From Opitutales bacterium (lineage in GTDB: Bacteria > Verrucomicrobiota > Verrucomicrobiia > Opitutales > JABSRG01): 64,000 nucleotides of DNA. The stretch spans positions 1-64,000 of the forward strand of contig JBMYOQ010000014.1 in NCBI GenBank assembly GCA_049599475.1, given 5' to 3'. This document shows positions 25,082 through 36,244 of this stretch, one piece after another (the first letter of the stretch is position 1; every line of letters begins with the position of its first letter). The position numbers and the translations under genes are program-made. The notes below the pieces were generated by a model. The model saw nothing but the letters and a program-made list of their open reading frames with translations, did no database searches and was not told where the DNA came from.

Positions 25082-26842
25082 ATGACTGAGCAGAAAAAAG
25101 AGGCGAATTTATGGGTACAGCCATTGCGGTGGGCGGCGTGTTTGGCTTCGCTGTCATTTATTTGTATTGCTTTATCCCTAATTCCGACTGGTGCGCTTCC
25201 AGAGGATGCATTGGAAGGGCAGGGGCATTGGAGTTCGCTCTTGCCGCCTCTTGTGGCCGTTGTGGTGGCCATCTGTTTCCGCTCACTGGTTGTCGCGCTG
25301 AGCCTTGCGTTTGTCACGGGTGCGCTCCTTCACTTCGGGCCGAATCCCGTAGTATTCATTCCAGGAGCGTTCAAAGACTTTTTGATCGCGAATATTCTTG
25401 GGCAGTTTTCGCTTTATATTTTCGGGTTCTTGTTCGCGCTCGTGGGTATGGTGCATGTGCTCTACAAGAGTGGCGGAATCCAGGGTTTGGCGTCCATTTT
25501 CATGCGTGTCGCGAAGAGCACGCGGTCTGCAAAAATGGCAACTTTTGGAGCAGGTTTGATGATCTTCTTCGATGACTATTCGAATACCGTAGTCGTGGGG
25601 CAGACGATGCGTAGCCTCACAGACCGTTTTAAGATTTCGAGGGAGAAACTGGCCTACATTGTCGATTCTACCACTGCGCCCGTGGCTGGATTGGCGCTGA
25701 TTTCGAGTTGGATTGCCTTTGAAGTATGGTTGCTCGGCTCGACAGCTCAGGACCTAGGCATCGAAACGGGAGGCTATGAGATATTTGTGCAGATGCTTCC
25801 AGTTCGTTTCTATTGCTGGGGCACTCTGATTTTCATTTTTATAAACATCATGACACGCCGGGATTTTGGGCCGATGCTGAAGGCGGAGCGGCGCGCGCGG
25901 ACTACCGGAGCCATCATTGCGGAGGATGCGCGACCTCTATTGCGCGAAAACAGTGAACGACTCGATCCGCCGGAAGACACTCCCCATCGTTGGATCAATG
26001 CTGCTGCGCCATTGTTCACCGTCATGGTAGGGCTAGTTGGTGGTATCCTTTTTGTTGGGGCGAGTCGCTTGATTCGTGATGGTGTCGAGCCCGACTTTTT
26101 TAGTGCGGCGGGCTTGCGAGATATTTTCGGAATCACGGTCTACGATCCGAGTCTTCCAGAAGGCGGGCCTGGTGTGCCGCTGATTCTCTTTTGGGCGGCA
26201 GTTGCCGGTGGCGTGCTCGCTATCGTAATGCCGGTAGCGCAACGAATACTGAAAGCTAAGGAAGCGGTGTATGCCTATGCGGGTTCGATTCCGACTCTGG
26301 CCGTCACTCTATTCATTCTGCCGATGGCTTGGGCGATGAAATCGATCTGCGATGCATTAGGCACCAGCTACTATCTGCTCTCGCTGGTCGGAGATGCGCT
26401 TCCGCTCGCTGCGGTGCCCCTGCTGACATTTATTCTGGCTGCAGGTATGGCGATGGCCATGGGCACGAGCTGGGGGACCATGGGAGTGATGATCCCCATT
26501 ATGCTGCCCTTTGCGTGGACCCTGGGCATGGAGGACCCTGCGCAGATGGCTATCTTTGTTCTTACGGCAGCGGCGGTGCTCGACGGGGCGATTTTTGGTG
26601 ATCATTGTAGTCCTATCTCGGATACGACTGTGCTCTCGTCTTTGGCTACAGGCAGTGACCATATCCACCACGTCGCTACGCAGCTTCCCTATGCGGTAAC
26701 GACGATGGTGATTGCTAGTGTGTTTGGCTACACACTTGTAGCATTTAGCGGAATGAATTCTTTGGTATACTTTGGACTGTTCCCGATTGCTGCATGGGTC
26801 GTTTTCCGACTCATTGGACGTCAAGTCGGGGAGGCCCGTTAG
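25082..26842 (+). CDS. Na+/H+ antiporter NhaC family protein
   Basis: [31 protein letters not shown] and [15 protein letters not shown] motifs. Confidence 0.9.
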   Translation: MTEQKKEANLWVQPLRWAACLASLSFICIALSLIPTGALPEDALEGQGHWSSLLPPLVAVVVAICFRSLVVALSLAFVTGALLHFGPNPVVFIPGAFKDFLIANILGQFSLYIFGFLFALVGMVHVLYKSGGIQGLASIFMRVAKSTRSAKMATFGAGLMIFFDDYSNTVVVGQTMRSLTDRFKISREKLAYIVDSTTAPVAGLALISSWIAFEVWLLGSTAQDLGIETGGYEIFVQMLPVRFYCWGTLIFIFINIMTRRDFGPMLKAERRARTTGAIIAEDARPLLRENSERLDPPEDTPHRWINAAAPLFTVMVGLVGGILFVGASRLIRDGVEPDFFSAAGLRDIFGITVYDPSLPEGGPGVPLILFWAAVAGGVLAIVMPVAQRILKAKEAVYAYAGSIPTLAVTLFILPMAWAMKSICDALGTSYYLLSLVGDALPLAAVPLLTFILAAGMAMAMGTSWGTMGVMIPIMLPFAWTLGMEDPAQMAIFVLTAAAVLDGAIFGDHCSPISDTTVLSSLATGSDHIHHVATQLPYAVTTMVIASVFGYTLVAFSGMNSLVYFGLFPIAAWVVFRLIGRQVGEAR

Positions 26843-26918
26843 GGTGGCATGGAGGCAAAATTCCTATGTTTTTGAAATAAAACGAGGCGTTCGTGCCTTA
26901 TATGGGTATAATATGACC

Positions 26919-27488
26919 ATGAAACCATTCACGCGATTGAAAACCCCACGAATCGGTAAGCTCCTAGCTCTGCCGACTCTCATCATTCTCGCGCTTCTTT
27001 ACCTCCAACCCTTGTCCATGATTGGAGGCGAAGGCGAAAGCCCCTTGCCGGATGAAAAGAAGGCCGAGCTCCGCGAGCGCCTAACGGACATGCAGTACAA
27101 AGTAACGATTCAAAACGGAACAGAGCCTCCATTTCGAAACAAGTATTGGAACAATAAGGAGCCCGGTATCTACGTTTGCATCATTTCGGACAAACCCCTT
27201 TTTAGCTCAACTGACAAGTTTAAGAGCGGCACCGGATGGCCCAGTTTTACGAAGCCAATCGAGGGTGGTGCGGTGAGCACAAAGCAGGATTTTTCGCATG
27301 GCATGGTGCGCACCGAAGTGCGGACTGGAGATGATATCTCGCATCTCGGACACGTCTTTAAAGATGGCCCGGCCCCAACGGGTCTGCGCTACTGTATCAA
27401 CTCAGCTTCTCTGAAATTCATTCCGGCGAGTGAGCTAGAAGAAAAAGGCTTTGGAGAATTCGCCTCCCTGTTTGCAGATACTAAGTGA
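26919..27488 (+). CDS. msrB: Peptide-methionine (R)-S-oxide reductase with N-terminal signal/TM segment
   Basis: [20 protein letters not shown] and [11 protein letters not shown]; start at ATG 26913 or 26919. Confidence 0.92.
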   Translation: MKPFTRLKTPRIGKLLALPTLIILALLYLQPLSMIGGEGESPLPDEKKAELRERLTDMQYKVTIQNGTEPPFRNKYWNNKEPGIYVCIISDKPLFSSTDKFKSGTGWPSFTKPIEGGAVSTKQDFSHGMVRTEVRTGDDISHLGHVFKDGPAPTGLRYCINSASLKFIPASELEEKGFGEFASLFADTK

Positions 27489-27513
27489 TTCAGGGCATTG
27501 ATTGTTGAGGTTC

Positions 27514-28437
27514 CTAAACCGTTCCTCGAGATCGTGACCAAAGGGCGGCCAAGGACGGTCCAGTGATGTTGTGCCAGGCCGAGAATAGGGCGGCTGGCAC
27601 TGCTGCTTCTGGTGAAAAATGAGCTACGGCCAGCGCGGCAGCTAGGCCCGAGTTTTGCATGCCTATTTCAATGGCAAGGGTGCGCCGTTGGGGAATATCG
27701 AGACGTGTTGCCTTGCCTAGGCCGTAGCCCAATCCCAGTCCTGCGCAATTGTGCAACACCACGCCCGCGATGACTAACCACCCGATGGACGCGAGAGTCG
27801 CTGAGGATCGTCCAATGACTGCGCCCACAATCAGGGTTATAAATACGATAGATATAACGGGGAGGATATCGTTGAGCCGTTGAAGCCATTTTCCTAAAAA
27901 ATGCTGCGCAAGCACACCGAGTATAACGGGTATCAGGACGATTTGAGCGATCGCCCAGAACAAGGACGCAGCATCTGTCTGCATCCAAGAGCCTGCGATT
28001 AAGAGTATGATCGTAGGTGTGATGATCGGAGCGAGCAGAGTGGATGCCGTGGTCATCGCCACGGACAGCGCGACATCTGCTCTCGCGAGATATGCGATGA
28101 CATTGGATGCGGTCCCGCCTGGGCAAGCCCCAAGGAGAATGAATCCGATTGCTAGCTCTGGCCCAAAACCAAAGGCGCGAGCAATGATCCATGCCAGGAG
28201 CGGCATAATGATGAATTGTCCGAGGAGGCCAATAGCGACTGCCTGGGGTTTCTGTATAATGCGCTTTAGGTTTTCCAGTTGAAGCGTGGAGCCCATGCCG
28301 AACATGATTATGCCGAGCCCTAGCTTGATGTGCGGCAAAATAAAAGTGAAGGTATCTGGCCTCTGAAAAGCCACCAGGCCCGCGGCGATGGCCCATATGG
28401 GGAAACTCAGTGAAAAGAAATGATTGAGGGTCTTCAT
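27514..28437 (-). CDS. Bile acid:sodium symporter family transporter
   Basis: IMFGMG, CPGGTASNV and EIGMQNSGLA motifs. Confidence 0.9.
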   Translation of the reverse strand: MKTLNHFFSLSFPIWAIAAGLVAFQRPDTFTFILPHIKLGLGIIMFGMGSTLQLENLKRIIQKPQAVAIGLLGQFIIMPLLAWIIARAFGFGPELAIGFILLGACPGGTASNVIAYLARADVALSVAMTTASTLLAPIITPTIILLIAGSWMQTDAASLFWAIAQIVLIPVILGVLAQHFLGKWLQRLNDILPVISIVFITLIVGAVIGRSSATLASIGWLVIAGVVLHNCAGLGLGYGLGKATRLDIPQRRTLAIEIGMQNSGLAAALAVAHFSPEAAVPAALFSAWHNITGPSLAALWSRSRGTV

Positions 28438-28806
28438 GAATCAGGTCCGAGCAGACTGCTAGACGGCCAGTGTCAGTCGCTTCGTCGGACAGGTGTATTC
28501 AAGTGCATTTAATTTTGCACGTTCCATTTCGCCAATTGCCACCTTCGGAGTGAAACGGAGAGCTCTCGAGATTTTGCTGCGCCCCATCTGTGCCTTGGAC
28601 CCGCGATCGCCCATTCACCGGAATTCATTGTATCGAGGTTTGCAGTGTGGGTTTGAAAGGTCAGTTGAGGGCTGATTGGAGACCGAGTTTGGAATTCCAA
28701 TTCATTTAGGCCTCGGCCCTGCTTGACGGCTCTTCGCATTTTTTTAACAATTATGGTTTCTTGGACTGGCCTTTATGGGCTCCTCGAAATTGAATATTCG
28801 AATCAG

Positions 28807-29796
28807 ATGGAAACCGAAGCCTCACTCAACGAAACATGGGACGCGCTCAGAGCATTCATCCTGGATGGACCGTGCGCGGCTATGCCATTGCGTGATTTGG
28901 AAAAGGACACGAATACGAGGCCAGTATTCAGCGGATCGAAAAAGCGGGTAGGCACTGCGGGGACCTACGCGGAAATGAGCTATGAAGAATTGTGCGAGCA
29001 CCCGGAATTCGTTAAAAGCCCCGATCGAGTCAGCCGGTTGATCCGTCTCTTCAAGGGAATTGCATCCTTTGACATGCCCCTCGAGGGGATCTCAAAAAAA
29101 GTGGGTCGCAGAAGTATTAATATTTTCAAGATCCTGAACAACCTCAGGGATATCCAGGTTGATCCGGATCTTCCCCCTAGATTTTTGACTGTTTCCTCGA
29201 CTCTGGAGAACCTGATAAAAGCAAAAGGTGTTACCTCGCTGAAAAATGTGTTTTCCATTTCCTCTGGCCTCTCCGAGGCCGCAATGAAACTTCATGAACT
29301 CGGGGATCTCGAGGGTGCTTTCCTCTCAGGCAGCCCAGAACGCATAGGGAAATACCTGCCGCTTAATCCGAGCGGTAAAGGCATAAGTCTCCAAGCGATC
29401 ATGGCGAGATTCATGCAATCTCACGCGAGGGAACCCAATGCTCTGCCAGCCTTGGCTCGGGGGCTAGGGATGAAAACGAAACAGCATTCCCATATCGCTC
29501 CGGCTCCTCTGCAATTGATCGGAACGTTCATCGTCGAGTGCACAGATTACTACGCGGCTGCAGTGGAGTTTTTTCCCGCTGAAGCAGAGGAGCTATCTTC
29601 GGTGATCCAGGATAGGACAACCTTCGACTCATCGGTGCGATTCATTGAGGACCCATATCAAAAATATTTACTGCACTACATTCTTTGCAGGTATTACGGG
29701 CAGGCTTTTCCCGCTCACCAAAGTGAAGGTCTTTTTGCGATCGGCAAGGCTGTGAACGGTCTCAAGCAGATGGCATCGGGGCTTTTTCAAAAATAG
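28807..29796 (+). CDS. Hypothetical protein
   Basis: Long ORF; probable ATG 28807 (the TTG at 28723 coincides with a TTGACG-N17-AACAAT promoter-like element); no functional motif recognised. Confidence 0.65.
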   Translation: METEASLNETWDALRAFILDGPCAAMPLRDLEKDTNTRPVFSGSKKRVGTAGTYAEMSYEELCEHPEFVKSPDRVSRLIRLFKGIASFDMPLEGISKKVGRRSINIFKILNNLRDIQVDPDLPPRFLTVSSTLENLIKAKGVTSLKNVFSISSGLSEAAMKLHELGDLEGAFLSGSPERIGKYLPLNPSGKGISLQAIMARFMQSHAREPNALPALARGLGMKTKQHSHIAPAPLQLIGTFIVECTDYYAAAVEFFPAEAEELSSVIQDRTTFDSSVRFIEDPYQKYLLHYILCRYYGQAFPAHQSEGLFAIGKAVNGLKQMASGLFQK

Positions 29797-29913
29797 ATCA
29801 AGGCAGATGGCGTGAGGGGGCGGTTGGCTTTCGGAGGCTCCCCATGGCATATCGAATGCTGGTGTTTGGGGCGCTAAGAGGTTTTGGTATTTAAGATATA
29901 ATGCAACAAGCCT

Positions 29914-30660
29914 GTGAAACTGATCCAATACGTATCCTTTATCATACTTCTATCGCTTTCCGTCCAAGCAGAATATCGTATTCTTGCTTTTGGCGATTCG
30001 AATACTTGGGGGTGGAAGCCAGATGGATCGGGGACTCGCTTTTCCGATGATGAGCGCTGGGCGGGAGTGTTGCAGGAGCGGCTCGGTGAAGAATATGCTG
30101 TCATAGTCGATGGCCTTGTGGCGTGCCGCACAAATATCGATGGGTTGGATGCGGGGCCCATTGATGGTTCCTTTTTAAACGGCGCCAAGACGCTCCCTGC
30201 GGCCTTGGCGCGGAATGCGCCCCTCGACTTACTTATCATTTTCCTTGGAACCAATGACGTCCAGTTAGGGGCCGAGCGCGCGGCGAATGAGGTGGCTTCG
30301 GCTGTTGGAGAACTCGTTGATCTCGCGAAAGGAGCGGAATCTTTACTCCACAGCAGCTACTCGGCTCCTCGCGAAGTCTGGGTTGTGGTTCCTCCGCCTC
30401 TTGGCGACCTCGCGGGCACCCCGCTCGAAGCGCTCTTCTCTCCCGGGTACGAGGCATCGCAACAATTTGAAGCGGCTTTTCAGAATTTGTCCAATGAGCG
30501 GGGTATTCGCATCTTCAGTTTTGAGGCACTAGAAGGATTAGCAACGGGAGCCGATGGCATTCATTTGACGCTGGAAGCTCACAAGTTTCTGGGTAATCAC
30601 ATTGCGGATACATTGGACGCAGATCGATCTGGAATGGCGCTGCCTGTAGAGAAGAAATAG
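29914..30660 (+). CDS. Secreted SGNH/GDSL hydrolase (aryl esterase/acyltransferase-like)
   Basis: GDSNTWG, LGTND and DGIH blocks; signal peptide; GTG start. Confidence 0.88.
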   Translation: MKLIQYVSFIILLSLSVQAEYRILAFGDSNTWGWKPDGSGTRFSDDERWAGVLQERLGEEYAVIVDGLVACRTNIDGLDAGPIDGSFLNGAKTLPAALARNAPLDLLIIFLGTNDVQLGAERAANEVASAVGELVDLAKGAESLLHSSYSAPREVWVVVPPPLGDLAGTPLEALFSPGYEASQQFEAAFQNLSNERGIRIFSFEALEGLATGADGIHLTLEAHKFLGNHIADTLDADRSGMALPVEKK

Positions 30661-30781
30661 GGTAGCGCCATTCGACCGATCCTCAGCCCCTGTCTGAGTA
30701 GGTTTAGATGTCTGTGCCCGGTAGCATGTTTAACCCGGATTATGCATTAGATCATGGCTCCGAGCTGGAATCTGTTAGTCC

Positions 30782-32911
30782 TCAGAATAACTGCTTGAAG
30801 AGATAAGTATACTCGAGGGCTATTCGCTTGGCGCGTTCTGTTTGATTGGCTGCTGCGGAATGACCTCCGTCGATATTCTCGTAGTAGTAAAAGGGGAGGT
30901 CGGCTTGTTCGAAAAGAGCGCCCATTTTGCGTGCGTGTCCGGGGTGGACGCGATCGTCTTTGGTCGATGTAACAAAGAAGGGAGTCGGATAGTTTTTTTC
31001 TTCCGGTGCGAAATTATGCACGGGCGAAATTTTTTCGAGGAAGGCGCGCTCTTCGGGGACCTCTGGCGAGCCATACTCATCGACCCAGCTCGCTCCAGCA
31101 AGCAGAAGGTGGTAACGCAGCATGTCGAGTAGTGGAACTTGCACGACAACCGCGTTCCACAAATCGGGTCGCTGGTTCAGCATCACCCCCATGAGGAGGC
31201 CTCCATTTGAGCCGCCCATAATTCCTAATTTCTTTGGGCTTGTGATTTTGCGTTCAATGAGGTCCTCCGCAACCGCGATAAAATCATCATAAATACGCTG
31301 GCGGTTTGTCTTTAGTCCCGCCTGGTGCCAAGCCGGGCCGAACTCACCACCCCCGCGTATATTCGCTAATACGTAGGCTCCGCCTTGCTCAAGCCACAGT
31401 TTACCTACCGTTGCGCGGTAGTGGGGGCGCAAGGATACTTGAAAGCCCCCATAGGCATAGAGCAATGTAGGAGTCGTGCCATCGAAGGGAATGTCCTTAT
31501 TGCGCACTACAAAATAGGGGATTTGCGTCCCATCTTGGGAGGGGACGAAGTGTTGCTCTACGACTAATTTAGAGGCGTCGAATTTTTCGGGGATCTCTTT
31601 TAGGGGTGTAATGTTTTGGTGCTCAACACTGTATTCAAGGACCGAGTCGGGTGTCAGGAAATCGTCATACCCTACGAATACAGAATCTTCATGCTTATCC
31701 GCGAATACCACATAGGCCGTACCCTCGCCTGGTAATTTTATTTCACTCAATGCCCAACTGTTTTGGGAGTAGTCCAAACGCAAGAGTTTACTGGATACAT
31801 TTTCGTTTATGGATAGTAGGGCTGCGCCCTTGGTGATGGATACACCGTTGACGGCTTGAGTCTTGTTTGGACGAAACACTAGGGATACTTCTGGTAGTTT
31901 GCCCGACTCCCAAAATTTGCGAAAATCGAAGGCGCACAGATCGCCTGCTTTGAGTGCGATTCCCCGGCCTTCAGGGCTCCAGTCTTCGCGTAGTGCGATG
32001 AGCATTTGGTCCTCAAACAGTCCCTCTACGTCGGATTTTTGAGGAAGGGGCCACTTGACGGGTGTTCCGTCTTGAGTGAAATGCCAATGAGTGCTGGTGA
32101 AAAATGTATCCGCTTCTGTGGCACATTCGACAATATCTCCGTTGGCGAGCTCGAGAACCATTGGCCACACGCCGACATCTGACTTTTGGCCACGATAGAG
32201 TTCGATGGCATCGCTTAAGGGTGTACCCCGTTTCCAGCGTTTAACGATCATCGGGTAACCAGAATCTGTGAGGGTGTCTTCGCCCCAATCTGTAGCGATG
32301 AGCACTGTATCTCGATCGACCCAAGTGATACCTTGCTTGGCCTCAGGTGTGATAAATCCACCGTCGACGAAGGCCTTGCGCTCCATATCGAACTCTCGAT
32401 TAATCACCGCATCTTTTCCGCCATCTGACAGCGAGACTAGATAGACATACTTATCAGCTCCTTTGGGCTTAAAGGACTTAGCTCCTTTGAATACCCAGTT
32501 CTTGTTCTCGTCTTTGGCTAGCTGGTCGAAATCTAGAATTGTCTCCCAGGCGGGCTCCTCATTCGCGTATTCGGCTGCGGGCGTTCTTCGCCAAAGTCCG
32601 CGGACATGTGTGGCATCTTGCCAAAAATTGTAAACAAACCCATCCCTTACGCTACCGTAAGGAATCCGCTCGTTAGACGTTAGAATCTGTTTGGCTGCTG
32701 ATTCAAAGCCTGGATAGCGAGGGTCCGCCTGCAGGTCAGCCAAAGAGCGCTCATTGTGCTTGCGCACCCAGGCTAGCGCTTCCTCACCCTCAACCTCCTC
32801 GGCCCATAGCATTTCATCAAAACTCGACATACCATCCTCTTCTTGCGGGCTCTCGGCAGAAACATTGTGCATTAACGAAAAGCAAAGTGAAAAAATCAAA
32901 AACCGGCTCAT
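30782..32911 (-). CDS. Prolyl oligopeptidase family serine peptidase (S9A)
   Basis: YAYGGF, NIRGGGEFG, GGSNGG nucleophile, DDRVHP, GGH; signal peptide. Confidence 0.93.
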   Translation of the reverse strand: MSRFLIFSLCFSLMHNVSAESPQEEDGMSSFDEMLWAEEVEGEEALAWVRKHNERSLADLQADPRYPGFESAAKQILTSNERIPYGSVRDGFVYNFWQDATHVRGLWRRTPAAEYANEEPAWETILDFDQLAKDENKNWVFKGAKSFKPKGADKYVYLVSLSDGGKDAVINREFDMERKAFVDGGFITPEAKQGITWVDRDTVLIATDWGEDTLTDSGYPMIVKRWKRGTPLSDAIELYRGQKSDVGVWPMVLELANGDIVECATEADTFFTSTHWHFTQDGTPVKWPLPQKSDVEGLFEDQMLIALREDWSPEGRGIALKAGDLCAFDFRKFWESGKLPEVSLVFRPNKTQAVNGVSITKGAALLSINENVSSKLLRLDYSQNSWALSEIKLPGEGTAYVVFADKHEDSVFVGYDDFLTPDSVLEYSVEHQNITPLKEIPEKFDASKLVVEQHFVPSQDGTQIPYFVVRNKDIPFDGTTPTLLYAYGGFQVSLRPHYRATVGKLWLEQGGAYVLANIRGGGEFGPAWHQAGLKTNRQRIYDDFIAVAEDLIERKITSPKKLGIMGGSNGGLLMGVMLNQRPDLWNAVVVQVPLLDMLRYHLLLAGASWVDEYGSPEVPEERAFLEKISPVHNFAPEEKNYPTPFFVTSTKDDRVHPGHARKMGALFEQADLPFYYYENIDGGHSAAANQTERAKRIALEYTYLFKQLF

Positions 32912-33021
32912 CCGTAAAACCTCTCCATCCGGTCAATAATTTCCAATCCAAAACGCCTTTTCAGTCTCAATTAGGCGAGGGACTAAGCTACAATTAGTGG
33001 AGTGTAATGCAGCGCATCGAA

Positions 33022-33096
<75 letters not shown>

Positions 33097-33138
33097 ATCA
33101 TCACTCTTCTCCACGGTGGCCGTGTGAGAAAGCGTCTG

Positions 33139-33167
33139 AGTAAGATTGGTAATCAATGACCTGTCAA
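33139..33167 (-). promoter_or_regulatory. Possible sigma70 promoter for tRNA-Asn
   Basis: Perfect -35 TTGACA (33167-33162), 17-nt spacer, weak -10 CTTACT. Confidence 0.35.
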
Positions 33168-33250
33168 ATTATTTTCGGAGAATCGTGTTTTTTCGGTCTA
33201 ATCGTGCTGATGCGCAGGGCCCGAGATGTATTGATGGCCGATAAAGTGGG

Positions 33251-34417
33251 TCAAAACTCGAAAACGATGCCGACTAGCGCGACCGTACGATCGTAGGTGA
33301 GCGTTTCGGAGGTGTTGTCTACGAGTTCGTTTTCGATTTGGGCAAATAGGGTTGATTCGGCGGATTCGAAGAGATCGAGGCTGTATTCGATATCGAATGA
33401 GAACTGCCAGGCTTCTTTACTGCGTTCGGGCTCGTCGATACCATCAGCATCGATTTCTCCGTTATCGAAGCTCCGGTCGACGTATTCGGCCTCAAATGCT
33501 GCTTCTAAGGGGCCTTTCTCGTATTCGATTTCAACGTAGTAATCCTCGGTAGTTTTATCGCTGTAGCCGTCCCCATTATCCGAGCGTTGATCGTGGGATA
33601 TACCTACCGAGATTTGCCATAGATCATTGATCTCGTATGCGATTTGTGCGCCGACCATGATGCTGTCGTATTCGAGATCGGAGCCCGCAATGCGGTCGCC
33701 TGACAGATCTTTGATACGGCGGTCGACGTAGCTGCGATGATGAAGTTCTAAATCCCCCGAGAGAGTGAATTTGTCGGTGGCGCGATAGCGGATGCGGAAG
33801 TCGGATTCGAATTCATGGTAGTCCAGGCGATCCAGCCCTAAGGCAGCGTAGTCCTCGGTGTAGTTTTTATAGCGGTAGCCATTGTCCCAATAGAGATACC
33901 ATTTTCGGTCCTTTCGGTATCTGAGGCCGAAAATGGCATCGTAGGTCCAGCTGTCGTAGCGGTCGCCCACAAGCGTGCCTCGGGAAGCGGCTTCTTCGCC
34001 GGTGCGTCGACTTGTGAATGTGCTATCGCGATAGACAGCAGAGACTTCGATGTCGCTATCTAGTTCGCCTCCGGACCAGTCATATTCGCCGCTGATTAGT
34101 TTTAGCGACGGGTTGATGTTCCAACGGTTGGAATCGGATGCATCGGATTCGTAAAATAGGCCCCGGCCGTCTAGGGATAGTTCTATCGCTGCTTCTTTGC
34201 CGACGGTGTGTGTGAATGTTTGCTCAGCTTCGATTTCGGTGAAGAATGCGTTGTCATAACCGTCGTTGAGCTGAAATGGATTGGAGTCGTAGCCCAGTGC
34301 TGTGGAGATCTCCGATTCGGATTCCCAGCCATCACCGATGGCGACGGATTCGGTCGCGATAGCGATCGCGAGACTGAGCGTGGGTGTGAGTGCCTTTTTC
34401 GAGATAACAGAATGCAT
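33251..34417 (-). CDS. Outer membrane beta-barrel protein (putative export porin)
   Basis: Signal peptide, GYDSNPF near the N-terminus, alternating aromatic/hydrophobic beta-strands, C-terminal Phe (ALVGIVFEF). Confidence 0.8.
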   Translation of the reverse strand: MHSVISKKALTPTLSLAIAIATESVAIGDGWESESEISTALGYDSNPFQLNDGYDNAFFTEIEAEQTFTHTVGKEAAIELSLDGRGLFYESDASDSNRWNINPSLKLISGEYDWSGGELDSDIEVSAVYRDSTFTSRRTGEEAASRGTLVGDRYDSWTYDAIFGLRYRKDRKWYLYWDNGYRYKNYTEDYAALGLDRLDYHEFESDFRIRYRATDKFTLSGDLELHHRSYVDRRIKDLSGDRIAGSDLEYDSIMVGAQIAYEINDLWQISVGISHDQRSDNGDGYSDKTTEDYYVEIEYEKGPLEAAFEAEYVDRSFDNGEIDADGIDEPERSKEAWQFSFDIEYSLDLFESAESTLFAQIENELVDNTSETLTYDRTVALVGIVFEF

Positions 34418-34423
34418 GACGTC

Positions 34424-36244
34424 TTAGGGGTGGGTGCTGTCTATAAATGCGAGGGCTTCAGCGTTTTTGCTGTCGAGCGCTAGGATGCGTCTGGCTTCTT
34501 CCAGGGCTTCCTCGATGTTTCCAACTTTCTTCAAAAGCATTGCTCTTTGATAACGGAATCTCGACTCGGCGGGTAAGGCTTTAATTGCTTGGTCAATGGC
34601 TTCGATCGCTGACTCAAATTGCTGTTGGGTGGCATAGACATCGGATAATTCCGCTGCTAAATAGCCGTCGCGTGGATGTTGGGCGATCAGAGCAGTCAAT
34701 TGACTAATCGCGGTCGTGTGCGCCCCGGTTTTCGAGAGATGACGCGCACGGAGCCGGGAAAGGGTGTTGGAGGTAATCCCCGCGTTTTCGGCGGCAGCGA
34801 GCCATTGGGAGGATTCTTGGATCAAGGTGTTTTCCAGCATCCATTGAATCGCATTCTCGTAGACGTCGACTTGCGGCCGGAGTGATCTGAGTTGTTGAAA
34901 GGCATCTAAGGTGGCCTCGGTGTCAGAGGTATCGACCAAATATTGGGTGCGCAGCTGCCAGCTTCTTGCTAATTTGGGATTAGCTTCGATGTGGCGCAGG
35001 GTGCGGCCGCCGGCCTGTTCATCCGTTTCCAGAATGGCAATTTCGGTGAGGGCGAGGGCCACTGTAGGATCGCTCTCGGCTTCCAGCTGAATCAGCTCGA
35101 ATTTGTTTTTTGCTGCACTGAAATCTTCTTGGGCGAAATCGAGATGACCGGCCAAATAGTTTAATTTGTAGCTATTGGCTTTGCTTGGATCGACATCGTC
35201 CAGGGTCGCCCGTGCGCCTTCAATGTTTCCCTCAATAAACTGTATAAAGGCACGGATTATCCGTTTGTCCTGAGACGACTTTAGTTTGTTGAGGAGTTTC
35301 CGAAATTGTTGTTTGGCGCGAACTGGACGCTCGAGTTGCCACTCGATGAGGGCCATTTCCCAGTATCTGTTTTGCCGGGGAAATTCCAGATTGTGGAGGG
35401 CGGCGTAGTCCTTGAGGGCGGCCTCCAGGTCGCCGCGTTCCCAGAGCAGGCCGGCTCGCATGCGCAGACCGATCCGGTAGTCGGCTTGCAGCTCAAGGCA
35501 GCGATTCAGCTCGCGGTAGGCGTCTTCCCAGGTGCTGGGTGTCTTGGAATAGGAAAGGGCAAGGAATCGGCGTGTTGATACGCTCTCAGGGCGAAGCTCG
35601 AGGGAGCGTTTGTAGTCGGCGATCGCCGCGAGGTAGATTTCTTGAGATCGAAAACAGTGGGCCCGCATCGCATAGGCTTTGGCTTGAATGGATGGCTCGC
35701 CGACCTCGATCACCCGGGTGAAGGCGGAAATGGCATCTTGGTAATCTTCAGCGCGTCGGTGAAGGATGCCCGCATTGAACAGGGCGCTTTGATAATTGGG
35801 GAAAAGCTCGATCGCGCGTTCATAGGCTTTGATCGCTTCTGCTTCCTGATTCAATTTGCTTAGGCTCAGGCCCAGGTGGTAATCGATCCGCGCATCATTA
35901 GGATATTGTTCGTTGAGCTTTTCGAGATCTGCAATCGCCTCCTTGTATTCATCTTCGGCTACTTTTTCGATAGCGGCGCGAACGGCTGCCTCTTGCTCTG
36001 GATCTTCAGAGGCTGCGGGTTTTGGGCCGCTGCGCGGACTGTCTGTGGCTTCGGTCACTTCGAGCGGGGTGGCATCCTCGGCTTCATCGTCGGGCTCTTG
36101 GCCGGTACGCGCTTCGATGGCGATCACCTTGGGTTTGAGAATTTTCTGCCGAGCGGATTCCTCGACCGCGTGGATTGCGAGGCCTAAGGCGAAGGCGAGA
36201 CCTGTGAGCAGGATCGCTCCGAAATAAACTTTACGCTGCTTCAT
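34424..36244 (-). CDS. Membrane-anchored tetratricopeptide repeat protein
   Basis: N-terminal TM helix, acidic/Pro linker, many TPR motifs (EAIKAYERAIELFP, AAIADYKRSLELRP, EALEEARRILALDS). Confidence 0.88.
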   Translation of the reverse strand: MKQRKVYFGAILLTGLAFALGLAIHAVEESARQKILKPKVIAIEARTGQEPDDEAEDATPLEVTEATDSPRSGPKPAASEDPEQEAAVRAAIEKVAEDEYKEAIADLEKLNEQYPNDARIDYHLGLSLSKLNQEAEAIKAYERAIELFPNYQSALFNAGILHRRAEDYQDAISAFTRVIEVGEPSIQAKAYAMRAHCFRSQEIYLAAIADYKRSLELRPESVSTRRFLALSYSKTPSTWEDAYRELNRCLELQADYRIGLRMRAGLLWERGDLEAALKDYAALHNLEFPRQNRYWEMALIEWQLERPVRAKQQFRKLLNKLKSSQDKRIIRAFIQFIEGNIEGARATLDDVDPSKANSYKLNYLAGHLDFAQEDFSAAKNKFELIQLEAESDPTVALALTEIAILETDEQAGGRTLRHIEANPKLARSWQLRTQYLVDTSDTEATLDAFQQLRSLRPQVDVYENAIQWMLENTLIQESSQWLAAAENAGITSNTLSRLRARHLSKTGAHTTAISQLTALIAQHPRDGYLAAELSDVYATQQQFESAIEAIDQAIKALPAESRFRYQRAMLLKKVGNIEEALEEARRILALDSKNAEALAFIDSTHP

